Below are positions 47,660 to 60,503 of a stretch of DNA of 64,000 bases, in pieces. The first letter of the stretch is position 1. The number at the start of each line of letters is the position of its first letter. The position numbers and the translations under genes are program-made. Source of the stretch: Actinomycetota bacterium (GTDB lineage Bacteria; Actinomycetota; UBA4738; CALAEC01); NCBI GenBank assembly GCA_050692985.1, contig JBOGVZ010000066.1, forward strand, positions 9,885-73,884, in the 5' to 3' direction. The notes beneath the pieces are model-generated. The model worked only from the letters and a program-made list of their open reading frames with translations. It had not been told where the DNA came from and did no database searches.

Positions 47660-48505
47660 CTACGCCAGGTTCAGCTCCATGCCCTCGTAGGCCAGGATCG
47701 GCTCGGCCCCGGAGCCCTTCCACAGCGATCGGGCATGCCTCAGGATCTCCTCGAGCTGGTCGTCGGAGTGCGTGGGGTCGTGGTGGAACATCACCAGCTG
47801 CCGGACCTCGGAGATCTCGGCGAACGTCACCACATGGACGGTGCTGGAGTGGCCCCACCCGATCCGCTGCCGGTACTCCTCCTCCGTGTACTGGGCGTCG
47901 TGGAGGAGGACGTCGGCCCCCTGGGCCACCGCGTGGCCGGAGATCCACTCGGGCTCCACGCCCCGCAGGTCCACGCCCAGGGCCGGCTCGTGGTCGGGGA
48001 CGAACGACAGCACGTGGCCGTCCTCCTCGATCCGGTAGCCCACCGTGGGGCCCCGGTGAGAGACGGGATCGGCGCTGACCCGGGCCGTGCCGACCTTCCA
48101 GTCGTCGTCGGGGACGTCGTGGAACTCCGGGTGCGAGGGGATGTCCGAGAGGTGCACGGGGAACAGCGGTGGCGAGAGGTACTGGGCGATCCTCCGCTCC
48201 AGGCTCCGCAGCGGGGACGGCGGCCCCCAGATGTGGAGGTCCACGTCCGGGCTCCACAGCGGGCCGAAGAACCCCAGGCCTTCCAGGTGGTCGAGGTGCA
48301 GGTGGGTCAGGAACACGTGGATGGTCCGGGGCAGCTCCCCCATGAGGGTGTTGCCCAGCGGCCGGATGCCGGTCCCGGCGTCGAGGATGATGAGGCTGCC
48401 GTCGTCCATGCGGAGCTCGACGCAGGAGGTGTTGCCGCCGTAGCGGACGGTCTCGGGGCCCGGGGATGCGAGCGACCCCCGGCACCCCCACACCCGGGCC
48501 AGCAC
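47660..48505 (-). CDS. MBL-fold metallo-hydrolase
   Basis: ...ILDAGTG...FLTHLHLDHLEGL... (HxHxDH) plus downstream His/Asp ligands. The AAGGAG ribosome-binding site lies inside the end of the PAS gene. Confidence 0.8.
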   Translation of the reverse strand: MLARVWGCRGSLASPGPETVRYGGNTSCVELRMDDGSLIILDAGTGIRPLGNTLMGELPRTIHVFLTHLHLDHLEGLGFFGPLWSPDVDLHIWGPPSPLRSLERRIAQYLSPPLFPVHLSDIPSHPEFHDVPDDDWKVGTARVSADPVSHRGPTVGYRIEEDGHVLSFVPDHEPALGVDLRGVEPEWISGHAVAQGADVLLHDAQYTEEEYRQRIGWGHSSTVHVVTFAEISEVRQLVMFHHDPTHSDDQLEEILRHARSLWKGSGAEPILAYEGMELNLA

Positions 48506-48509
48506 GGGG

Positions 48510-48911
48510 CTACTCCTTCTCTTCCCAGAAGATGGCCACCGCTCCGACGAACTCGTCCGACCGGGCGAACAGCGGGAAGGCCGTGACCCCGATGCGGCGC
48601 TTCACGCCGTCGAGCCCCACGATCCGCATGAAGCGGTGCGCCGGCTTGCGCTCGGCCAACGCCACGGACAGCGGCATGTCCTCCGAGGCGAAGGGCTCTC
48701 CGGTGTCGGGGTCCTCGGGCGAGAACATGGCCCCGCTCCACTCCTCGGCGCTCAGCTCCCCGGCCTCCGCGTACGTCTGCCCCAGGATCTCCTCGGCCGG
48801 CTCGTTGTAGTACACCAGCGTCCCGCCCGGGTCCACCAGGAACATCGGGGTGGCCACCGAGGAGGCCAGGCCCCGGGCCAGGATGTGAACGAGGTTGTGC
48901 TCCTCGGACAT
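48510..48911 (-). CDS. Stand-alone PAS-domain protein
   Basis: 133 aa: ...PMFLVDPGGTLVYYNEPAEEILGQTY...GVKRRIGVTAFPLF...GAVAIFWE. This is a PAS fold pattern with no output domain. Confidence 0.75.
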   Translation of the reverse strand: MSEEHNLVHILARGLASSVATPMFLVDPGGTLVYYNEPAEEILGQTYAEAGELSAEEWSGAMFSPEDPDTGEPFASEDMPLSVALAERKPAHRFMRIVGLDGVKRRIGVTAFPLFARSDEFVGAVAIFWEEKE

Positions 48912-48916
48912 GGCCC

Positions 48917-49492
48917 TCAGGAGGAGGACCCCTCGTCACCGCCCTTGACGACCGACTCGATGACGTCGCGAGGGATCTGGGCGGCCGAGGAAAGGCCCCG
49001 CTTCACCGCCTCCGCGGCGTCCTTGGAGATCTCTCCCGCGGAGGTGAGGGCCTGCTCCGCGGCGCTGCGGGCCACCTCGCCCACGTCCTTGCCGACACGG
49101 CCGGCGGCCTCGATGGCCCCCTCGACCGCGCCAACGGCCGTCCCTGTGATGTCACCGCCCACCTCTGCCGCCGTTTGGATGGCCGTCCGCACGGCGTGCC
49201 GTGTCCCCTCGAGGACGTCGCCCCCCACCTCGGCCACGGCCTGCACGGCGCCGGAGACCACGCCCTTGGCTCCCTGGGCCAGCTCGACCCCGGCCTCCTG
49301 CGTTCCCCGGACCGCACCGCGGACCGTGTCGGTGACCACGCCGACGGCTGCCCCCGCTATCTCGCCGGTGCTCCGCAGGGCCCCGGTGACCAGGTCCGTG
49401 GCCGTCGCCCGGACGCTGTCAACGATGTCCCCGGCTCCCCGGACCACGCCGACCACGGCGTTCTTCGCCTTGTCGACCAGCCCCTCTGCCAT
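48917..49492 (-). CDS. Ala/Gly/Val-rich protein built from 22-residue (11+11) amphipathic repeats (LEA/apolipoprotein-like); function unknown
   Basis: GGAGG sits 8 nt before ATG 49492. Repeat units: AEVGGDVLEGTRHAVRTAIQTA / AEVGGDITGTAVGAVEGAIEAA / GRVGKDVGEVARSAAEQALTSA / GEISKDAAEAVKRGLSSAAQIP. Confidence 0.65.
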   Translation of the reverse strand: MAEGLVDKAKNAVVGVVRGAGDIVDSVRATATDLVTGALRSTGEIAGAAVGVVTDTVRGAVRGTQEAGVELAQGAKGVVSGAVQAVAEVGGDVLEGTRHAVRTAIQTAAEVGGDITGTAVGAVEGAIEAAGRVGKDVGEVARSAAEQALTSAGEISKDAAEAVKRGLSSAAQIPRDVIESVVKGGDEGSSS

Positions 49493-49571
49493 CTGCCTCA
49501 CCTCCGTACGGTCGCTTGACGGTCACTATAGGGCTCCGGGGTTGCCCCGTCACCCCTCCGGGGGTGGGCGC

Positions 49572-49577
49572 TATGCT
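49572..49577 (+). promoter_or_regulatory. Putative -10 box (TATGCT), 6 nt upstream of the selD ATG (leaderless)
   Basis: TATGCT-cggtcc-ATG(49584), the same architecture as at 16568-16582. Confidence 0.4.
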
Positions 49578-49583
49578 CGGTCC

Positions 49584-50642
49584 ATGCGCGATGAGGTTCG
49601 GCTCACGAGGTACAGCCACGGGGCCGGCTGAGCCTGCAAGCTCAGTCCGCAGGACCTGGCCCAGGTGCTGGGCCAGCTGGGCTCCACCGAATATCCGCCG
49701 GAGGTCCTGGTCTCCCAGGAGACCCGGGACGACGCGGCCGTGTACCGGCTGCCGGGCGGCGGCGTGCTCGTTCAGACGGTGGACTTCTTCACGCCGATCG
49801 TGGACGACCCCTACGACTGGGGCCGGATCGCCGCGGCCAACGCCTTCAGCGACGTGTACGCGATGGGGGCCCGTCCGGCCCTGGCCCTGAACCTGGTGGC
49901 CTGGCCGATCCAGGAGCTCCCGGCCGAGCTGCTGGCCCGGGTCCTCGAGGGGGGCGCCAAGGTGGCGTCCGAGGCCGGGGCGGCCATCGTGGGCGGGCAC
50001 AGCATCCACGACCCCGAGCCCAAGTACGGCATGGCCGTGACCGGCTTCGCCCAGGAGGATCACCTGCTGCGCAACTCCACGGCCCCGGCGGGGGCCCGGC
50101 TGTTCCTGACCAAGCCGCTGGGGCTGGGCATCATCACCACGGGGATCAAGCGGGGGAGCGCGTCGCCGGAACAGGCCGCCCGGGCGGTCGAGGTGATGAC
50201 CGCGCTCAACGCCCCGGCGGCCGAGGCCGCGGTGGAGGCCGGAGCCGAGGGGGCCACCGACGTCACCGGCTTCGGCCTGCTCGGCCACCTGCACGCCATG
50301 CTGGAGGCCTCCGGCGTCTCGGCGGAGGTCGACGCCGGCGTCGTGCCGGTGCTCCCGGGCACGCTGGACCTGGCCGAGGACGATGTGATCCCCGGGGGGA
50401 CGCGCTCGAACCTGACGTTCGTCGATCCCCACGTGGAGTGGGGCGATCTCTCCGGGCCCGAGCGGCTGGTCCTGGCGGACGCGCAGACCTCGGGAGGCCT
50501 GATGGTGGCCGCCTCCTCCGATCGGGGGGACCGGCTGGCCGAGGCCTTCCGGGGCCGGGGGGTGGGCGCGGCCGAGATCGGCCTCACCGTCCCGGGCCCG
50601 CCGGGCCGCATCCTCGTGCGAGGCCGGGTTCGGGACGGGTAA
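49584..50642 (+). CDS. selD: Selenide, water dikinase SelD with in-frame UGA (selenocysteine) at codon 16
   Basis: MRDEVRLTRYSHGAG-[TGA 49629-49631]-ACKLSPQDLAQVLG... in a single frame. E. coli SelD has ...YSHGAGCGCKISP here. The rest is the AIR-synthase-like fold (DDAAVY..., DFFTPIVDDPY, GGHSI). Confidence 0.85.
49656..49676 (+). promoter_or_regulatory. Candidate SECIS hairpin for the selD UGA
   Basis: Perfect 9-bp stem cuggcccag / cugggccag with a GUG loop, starting 27 nt after the first base of the UGA codon (24 nt after its last base). Confidence 0.45.
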
Positions 50643-50674
50643 CCGCATCCCGCTGGTAGGATTTCAGCGGGGAG

Positions 50675-51105
50675 ATGATCGAGCTGCCCATGCCGTTGTT
50701 CGAAGAGATCGTGGCCCTCGCCGTGGCCGAGCTGCCGAACGAGGCCTGCGGCGTGGTGGCGGGGGCCGACGGCCGGGCCGCCCGCGTGTACCCCATGCGA
50801 AACGCCGAGGCCAGCCCGGTCGTGTACCGGTTCGACGAGCGAGAGCAGCTCGAGGTGTTCACGAAGGTCGAGGCCAGGGGCTGGGAGCTGCTCGGCTTCT
50901 TCCACTCCCACACCCATACCCAGGCGTACCCCTCTCAGACGGACCGGGACCGGGCGCACTGGCGGGACCCCACCACGGGGAGGGAGACCCCCATGTACCC
51001 CGACACGGGCTACCTGATCCTCTCCCTCCAGGACCGGGAGCAGCCGGTGATCCGGGCGTTCCGGTTCGAGGACGGGGAGCCGGTGGAGCAGGAGGTTCGG
51101 ATCAC

Positions 51106-51109
<4 letters not shown>
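50675..51109 (+). CDS. mec: JAMM/MPN+ metalloprotease (Mec-like CysO-cysteine peptidase)
   Basis: E...HSHTHTQAYPSQTD is the JAMM motif (HxHx7Sx2D). The gene sits at the head of the moeB-cysO-cysM block, as Rv1334 does. Confidence 0.85.
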
Positions 51110-54045
<2,936 letters not shown>

Positions 54046-54055
<10 letters not shown>

Positions 54056-54807
54056 TCGTCCTGGGCGCCCACGGCACCTGGCCCGCCGCGGGCGGGGCCA
54101 CCAGCGGCCACCTGGTCCGCCACGACGGCCACGGCGTCCTCCTCGACCTGGGCAGCGGGACCGTGGCCAACCTCCAGCGGCACGGCGGGCTGTTCGACGT
54201 GGACGCGGTGGTCATCTCCCACTCGCACCCGGACCACGTGACCGACCTGTACACCTACTACATGGCCCGTCGCTTCTCGCCGCAGTGCCCCCCGCCCATC
54301 CCCCTGTACCTGGCGCCCAAGGTGCTCGACCGCGTGGAGCCGCTCCTCTCCGACGACAGCGGGGACATGAAGCTGGCCCATGCCTTCGACATCCACGTGC
54401 TGGACCCGGGCGCCGGCGTGGAGGTGGGGCCGCTCTCGATCCGAACCGAGGAGATGGCCCACAGCGTGCCGACGATCGGCGTCCGCGTGGAGGCGGGTGG
54501 CGCCGCCCTGGCCTACACGGCGGATACCGGCCCGACGGGGGCGGCGACCCGGATGGCCCGGGACGTGGACCTGCTGGTGGCCGAGGCCACCTGGCAGGAG
54601 GACGGGGACGACGATCGGCCCCCGATCCATCTCACGGGCAAGGAGGCCGGCGAGCTGGCCCGCGACGCGGGGGCGGGCCGCCTGGTCCTGACCCACATCC
54701 GTCCCTACCTGGACCGGGACCTCACCAGGGAGGAGGCCGCCGGAGCCTTCGACGGCGAGATCCTCCTGGCCGAGGAAGGGCTGCGGCTCGAGGTCGGCGG
54801 ACGGTGA
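54046..54807 (+). CDS. MBL-fold metallo-hydrolase (Rv1339-like position)
   Basis: GTG 54046. Motifs ...LLDLGSG...VVISHSHPDHVTDL... are present, in the murI-MBL-rph order of M. tuberculosis. Confidence 0.8.
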
Positions 54808-55520
54808 GGCCGGACGGGCGGGACCCGGCGGAGCTGCGACCGATCCGCTACGAGATCGGGTACCTCGACTGGGCCGAGGGCTCGGTGCTGTTCGAGATGG
54901 GCCGTACCCGGATCCTGTGCGCGGCGTCCTACGAGGCCAGGGTGCCGCCGTTCCTCCAGGGCTCCGGCAAGGGCTGGGTGACGGCGGAGTACTCGATGCT
55001 GCCCCGCTCCACGGAGGTCCGCACTCCCCGGGAGTCTGTTCGCGGCAGGCCGTCGGGGCGAACCCAGGAGATCCAGCGCCTGATCGGCAGGTCCCTCCGT
55101 GCGGTGACCCGCATGGAGGCGCTCAAGGACAGCACGCTGTGGATCGATTGCGACGTCCTCCAGGCCGACGGCGGCACCCGGACCGCGGCCATCACCGGCG
55201 GGTACATCGCCCTGGCCCTGGCGGTGCGGACGCTCAAGGAGCGGGGTGTGGTGGACGGGGATGTGCTGGCGGACTCGGTGGCGGCGGTGAGCGCGGGGAT
55301 GGTCGAGGGGGACCGGGTCCTGGACCTGTCCTACGAGGAGGACGTCCGGGCCGACGTGGACTTCAACGTGGTGATGACGGGCTCGGGCAGCCTGGTGGAG
55401 GTCCAGGGCACCGCGGAGGGGGAGCCCTTCTCCCGCGAGGACCTCGACTCGATGGTGTCGCTGGCCGCCCGGGGCATCGAGCGGCTCACCCAGGTCCAGC
55501 GGGAGGCCGCCGGGACATGA
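54804..55520 (+). CDS. rph: Ribonuclease PH
   Basis: GTG 54804 (GTGA overlap). ...RPDGRDPAELRPI...GSVLFEMGRTRILCAAS...GWVTAEYSMLPRST..RE...GRTQEIQRLIGRSLR... Confidence 0.95.
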   Translation: MRPDGRDPAELRPIRYEIGYLDWAEGSVLFEMGRTRILCAASYEARVPPFLQGSGKGWVTAEYSMLPRSTEVRTPRESVRGRPSGRTQEIQRLIGRSLRAVTRMEALKDSTLWIDCDVLQADGGTRTAAITGGYIALALAVRTLKERGVVDGDVLADSVAAVSAGMVEGDRVLDLSYEEDVRADVDFNVVMTGSGSLVEVQGTAEGEPFSREDLDSMVSLAARGIERLTQVQREAAGT

Positions 55521-55533
55521 GGCCGCCGGGCTC

Positions 55534-56130
55534 GTGAGCTTCCCCGAGCGGCTGGTGGTGGCCACGCGGAACCCGGGCAAGGTGCGGGAGATCCTGGCGA
55601 TCTGCCGCGACTGGCCGGTGGGCTGGCTCACCCACGAGGATGCGACCTGGCCCGACGTCCCGGAGACGGGTGCCACCTACGTCGACAACGCCCTGCTGAA
55701 GGCCTTGGCGGTGGCCGGGGCCGCCGGCGAGGCCGCCCTGGCCGAGGACTCCGGGATCGAGGTGGATGCCCTGGGAGGACGGCCGGGGCCCCGATCGGCC
55801 CGGTTCGCCGGGGAAGGGGCCTCCGACCGGGAGAACCTCGAGGCGCTCCTGCGGGCGCTGGAGGGCGTGCCCCCCGAGCGGCGCACCGCCCGGTACCGGG
55901 CGGTGGCCGTGGTGGCCTGGCCGGACGGCCGCGAGGTGATGGCCGAGGGCACCTGCGAGGGGCGCCTGCGCACCGAGCCGGCCGGGACCGGAGGCTTCGG
56001 GTACGACCCCATCTTCCAGCCGGCGGGCCACGAGCGGACCATGGCCCAGCTTGACCCCGAGGAGAAGGATGCCCTCAGCCACCGGGGCGGGGCCCTGAGG
56101 GCCCTCCGGGCCCGCCTGGCGGGGGACTGA
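55534..56130 (+). CDS. rdgB: Non-canonical purine NTP pyrophosphatase (RdgB/HAM1)
   Basis: ...LVVATRNPGKVREI..., EDSGIEVDALGGRPG..SARF, GFGYDPIF, SHRG. Confidence 0.9.
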   Translation: MSFPERLVVATRNPGKVREILAICRDWPVGWLTHEDATWPDVPETGATYVDNALLKALAVAGAAGEAALAEDSGIEVDALGGRPGPRSARFAGEGASDRENLEALLRALEGVPPERRTARYRAVAVVAWPDGREVMAEGTCEGRLRTEPAGTGGFGYDPIFQPAGHERTMAQLDPEEKDALSHRGGALRALRARLAGD

Positions 56131-56153
56131 GTTGCGCGTTCTAAAGAGAGCCG

Positions 56154-56169
56154 TCATTATCGATAGTGA
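56154..56169. promoter_or_regulatory. AT-rich 16-bp near-palindrome (possible operator) upstream of the small Cys-rich ORF
   Basis: TCATTATCGATAGTGA has 14 of 16 positions symmetric around ATCGAT. It is conspicuous in GC-rich DNA and lies 55 nt before ATG 56224. Confidence 0.3.
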
Positions 56170-56223
56170 TGGTTTCGGCCCCCCCGGGGGCGGGAAGGAA
56201 GCTCGAGCGAAAGGAGGACGGCC

Positions 56224-56376
56224 ATGTGTCTGACCTGCGGGTGCGGCGAGCTCAACGCGGACCACGGTGACAGCCGGCACATCACCTACGACCAGCTGAA
56301 GGAGGCCGCCGAGGCCGCGGAGATCTCCGTGGACGAGGCCGCGAACAACTTTCAGGAGACCCTCAAGAAGGTCTAA
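56224..56376 (+). CDS. Small (50 aa) Cys-rich protein, N-terminal MCLTCGCG motif; function unknown
   Basis: Not in the ORF track (under 60 aa). AAAGGAGG sits 7 nt before the ATG. The sequence MCLTCGCGELNADHGDSRHITYDQLKEAAEAAEISVDEAANNFQETLKKV has protein-like composition and ends in TAA. Confidence 0.55.
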   Translation: MCLTCGCGELNADHGDSRHITYDQLKEAAEAAEISVDEAANNFQETLKKV

Positions 56377-56442
56377 CCTCCCCCCATGAGGACCGATCGG
56401 AGGCCCCGGCGGCGCTGGGGCCTCCTCGACTGAGGAGGGGGC

Positions 56443-57000
56443 ATGGCGATCCGCCTCAAGTACCGTTCTCCCACCGGCGAGACACGGCGGTGGACCCTGA
56501 AGGAGATCGTCCAGGGCTACCCGCTGGGCCATCCCAGCCACCCCCTGTTCGTCCACTTCCCCATCGCGTTCTACTCGGCGATCCTGGCGTTCGACATCAT
56601 GAGCAGGATCGGCCGGCCAGAGGGCGCGAACCAGGGTCTGGTGCTGGCGGGCTCGTACCTCTACCTGGGGGCGTTCGCCGGCACGCTGGCGCTGGTCCTC
56701 ACGGGGCTGACCGACTGGACCACCATGGTCCGTGGATCGAGCAAGAGGCGCCTGGCCACGAACCACATGCTGTTCCAGCTGACCGCCGCGGTGTTCTTCG
56801 TGGTCACGTTCTTCCTGCGCTGGCCGAACCGGACCCAGCCCCAGGCGGAGGTCCTGTGGATCGTCCTGGAGGCCATCGGCTACGCGATCCTGATGGTGGG
56901 CCAGTACCTGGGCGGCATGCTGGTCTACGAGAAGGCCATGCGGGTCAGCACCGGGGGGAAGCTGGAGGACCTCAAGCAGCCGGCGGGTCCTACGGGGTGA
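56443..57000 (+). CDS. DUF2231-like integral membrane protein
   Basis: ...GHPSHPLFVHFPIAFY... followed by four or five TM helices. Confidence 0.75.
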   Translation: MAIRLKYRSPTGETRRWTLKEIVQGYPLGHPSHPLFVHFPIAFYSAILAFDIMSRIGRPEGANQGLVLAGSYLYLGAFAGTLALVLTGLTDWTTMVRGSSKRRLATNHMLFQLTAAVFFVVTFFLRWPNRTQPQAEVLWIVLEAIGYAILMVGQYLGGMLVYEKAMRVSTGGKLEDLKQPAGPTG

Positions 57001-57694
57001 GGGGCACGTCGACCAGGATCAGCTCGGTGATCTCGACCGCACCGAGATCCAGGCCCGCCTCGTCGGCGATCTTGGCGGCGTCGCCGGTGGCCAGCTTGTC
57101 CCCGGGAACCTCCACCGAGCCCTCGATCACGTAGAGGTAACCGCCACGGCCCGGCCCGAAGGCATGCGACACGGAGGCGCCCCCGGTGAGGCGGGCCACG
57201 TGGACCGACGTGTCCCGGCGGACCAGGACGCCCGGCCCGCCCGGTGGGGACACCACCTCCAGGAGCCGGTCGGTGCGCTCCTCGGTGGAGTACACGCGCT
57301 GCTCCACCGACGGCTCCAGCCCCTCCCGGTCGGGGAGGATCCACATCTGGATGAACCGCATCGGCTCCTCCTCCGAGGCGTTCTGCTCGGAGTGCCAGGC
57401 CCCGCTGCCGAGCGTCATGCGCTGGACCGAGCCGGCGGGAAGGATCCCGCCCGTCCCGAGGTTGTCCTCATGGCGGAAGGTCCCTTCGACGACGTAGGTG
57501 ATCCCCTCGATGTCCCGGTGGGGGTGCATCGGCCACACGGCCCCCGGGACCAGCCGGTCGTCGTTGAAGACGCGCAGGGGCCCCCATCCGTCGTTCTCCG
57601 GGTCCCGGTACCTGTCGAAGGAGAAATGCCACCGGGCCGTGAACCAGCCGCCCTCGGCTCGGTAGATGTCCTGGTCTCGGCGAACCTGGATCAC
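56990..57694 (-). CDS. Pirin-family cupin protein
   Basis: ...WPMHPHRDIEGITYVVEG.F.H.D..G... plus a second cupin half. 234 aa. Confidence 0.9.
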   Translation of the reverse strand: MIQVRRDQDIYRAEGGWFTARWHFSFDRYRDPENDGWGPLRVFNDDRLVPGAVWPMHPHRDIEGITYVVEGTFRHEDNLGTGGILPAGSVQRMTLGSGAWHSEQNASEEEPMRFIQMWILPDREGLEPSVEQRVYSTEERTDRLLEVVSPPGGPGVLVRRDTSVHVARLTGGASVSHAFGPGRGGYLYVIEGSVEVPGDKLATGDAAKIADEAGLDLGAVEITELILVDVPLTP

Positions 57695-57735
57695 GCGGCC
57701 ATGATAGAACCCGGAAGGGGTAGGTACGAGGAGAG

Positions 57736-58662
<927 letters not shown>

Positions 58663-58686
58663 GGCCCTCGGACCCCCCCTGACCGG

Positions 58687-59544
58687 GTGCCGGTCGTGGT
58701 CACCGGCGCGAACGGCCTGGTCGGCCGGACCCTGATCCCCCTCCTGGCACGGGCCGGTGGGGAGGTCCGAGCGGTGATCCGAGACCGCGCCGCCGCCGAG
58801 CCCCTCCGCCTGGCCGGGGCCAAGGTGGCCGTGTGCCGCCTGTCCGACACGGAGACGCTGGGCACGGCCATGGCCGGGGCCCACACGGTGTGCCATCTGG
58901 CCGGCGGCCTGGACCTGCCGGACGAGGGCACGTACATGGAATCGAACCTCGCCACCACCGCTTCGGCGCTGGAAGCGGCTGCGGAGGCGGGCGTCACCAG
59001 GTTCCTGCTCCTCTCCTACCCCGGTGCCTCTCCCGGCGCGTCGAACGCCTACCTCCGGGCCAAGGGTGAGGCCGAGGAAGCCGTTCGCCGCTCGGCGCTC
59101 CAGCATGTGATCCTTCGGAGCACACACGTCTACGGGCCGGGGAGCCGGTGGCTGTCGGGCCTGATGGAGGCGGCGCGCCGTCCGGTGGCCGCCACCGTGG
59201 TGGGGCCCGGGACCCAGCGGCTGTCCCCCGTGTTCGTCCGGGACGTGGCCCGCGCCCTGGCGGCCGCGGACGACCGGGCCACCGAGGTGGCCGGCACCTT
59301 CGCCCTCCAGGGGCCCGACGTGGTCACCGCGGACGAGCTGACCGACCTCCTGGCCGGGAGGCGCCGGCGAAAGGTCCACCTCTCCCCGGCGGTGGCCCGC
59401 GCCGCCGCGCGCCTCACGGTCGGGCCGATGAGCGCCACGCTGCTGGAGGTGCTGGCGGCCGACAGCCTGGCCGACGCCCCGGATGCCGCGGCAGAGTTCG
59501 GCCTGACCCTGACGCCGCTGCGAGAGGGCCTGGCCGCCTCCTGA
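58687..59544 (+). CDS. NAD(P)H-binding NmrA/atypical-SDR-like protein
   Basis: VVVTGANGLVGRTLIPLL (Rossmann fold)...Y...K. 285 aa. Confidence 0.75.
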   Translation: MPVVVTGANGLVGRTLIPLLARAGGEVRAVIRDRAAAEPLRLAGAKVAVCRLSDTETLGTAMAGAHTVCHLAGGLDLPDEGTYMESNLATTASALEAAAEAGVTRFLLLSYPGASPGASNAYLRAKGEAEEAVRRSALQHVILRSTHVYGPGSRWLSGLMEAARRPVAATVVGPGTQRLSPVFVRDVARALAAADDRATEVAGTFALQGPDVVTADELTDLLAGRRRRKVHLSPAVARAAARLTVGPMSATLLEVLAADSLADAPDAAAEFGLTLTPLREGLAAS

Positions 59545-59609
59545 TCGACTGGCGGCGCCGGACGGCCTCGTCGCATACTCCGGGTGCCCGTCGCCCGTGG
59601 GAGGGACCG

Positions 59610-60440
59610 ATGTTCTCCAAGATCCTGGTCGGCACCGACGGCTCCGACACTGCGTCGGTGGCCGTGGATCACGCAGCGTGGCTGGCCGAGCGCGTCGGCG
59701 CCGAGCTCCTCATCGTCAGCGCCTATCGCCCCGTCGGCGGGGACGTGGACACGCCCCTGGGCCGGACGAGCGACCACACCGAGGACGACCGGGCTCGGGC
59801 GATCCTGGAACACGAGCAGAAGCGGCACGGCGACCGGGTCGCGGTTCGCACCATCCTCCAGGAGGGGAACCCGGCCGACGCCATCCTCGACGTGGCGGAG
59901 GAGGAGGGCGTGGATCTGATCATCGTCGGCAACAAGGGCATGACCGGCGGCAAGCGGTTCCTCATCGGGAGCGTCCCCAACAACGTGTCCCATCACGCGC
60001 CCTGCCACGTGTTGATCGTGCACACCGCCTGGGCGGAGAGGGCCCGGGCCGAGGAGCTGGCCCGCGTGCCCGGGTACGAGCGGATCCTGATCGGCACCGA
60101 CGGCTCCCCGACGGCCGGGGGCGCCGTGGAGGTGGGTACCGAGCTGGCCGGGGCGGTGGGGGCCGAGGTCCTCCTCCTGTTCGTGGGTGACGCGGCGCGG
60201 GGCGGGGAGGTGCTCGAGCAGGCGGCCGCGGACATCGGGGACCGGGTCCCGGTGAGCTCGAACACCGCCGAGGGGGATCCGGCGGACAGGATCATCGACG
60301 TGGCGGTCCGGGAGAGCTGCGACCTCATCGTGGTGGGCAACAAGGGCATGACCGGGACCCGCCGGTTCCTGCTGGGCAGCGTCCCCAACAACGTCTCCCA
60401 CCACGCTCCCGGGAACGTGCTGATCGCCAAGACCACCTGA
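59610..60440 (+). CDS. Tandem universal stress protein (two UspA domains)
   Basis: ATG 59610 (GGGAGGGA ribosome-binding site). The pattern ...ILVGTDGS... then ...DLI(I/V)VGNKGMTG..RFL(I/L)GSVPNNVSHHAP... occurs twice. Confidence 0.9.
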   Translation: MFSKILVGTDGSDTASVAVDHAAWLAERVGAELLIVSAYRPVGGDVDTPLGRTSDHTEDDRARAILEHEQKRHGDRVAVRTILQEGNPADAILDVAEEEGVDLIIVGNKGMTGGKRFLIGSVPNNVSHHAPCHVLIVHTAWAERARAEELARVPGYERILIGTDGSPTAGGAVEVGTELAGAVGAEVLLLFVGDAARGGEVLEQAAADIGDRVPVSSNTAEGDPADRIIDVAVRESCDLIVVGNKGMTGTRRFLLGSVPNNVSHHAPGNVLIAKTT

Positions 60441-60503
60441 GGTTCGGCCGTCCGGCTCGGCGGGTACGTGCTGTTCACGGGACCGAACCCAAGGAGGGAA
60501 TCC

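Noticed and set aside
42565-47700. An intact prophage or integrative element after ssrA
   Set aside because: I saw no integrase, excisionase, capsid, terminase or transposase genes, and no visible duplication of the ssrA 3' end. Only the DUF222-HNH gene hints at past mobility.
49629-49631. The TGA in selD as a nonsense mutation or pseudogene, or selD starting at the internal GTG 49665
   Set aside because: The TGA falls exactly on the catalytic Cys/Sec position of the conserved GAG(C/U)xCK loop. The 15 upstream codons match the SelD N-terminus. A leaderless -10 element precedes ATG 49584, and a hairpin lies in SECIS position.
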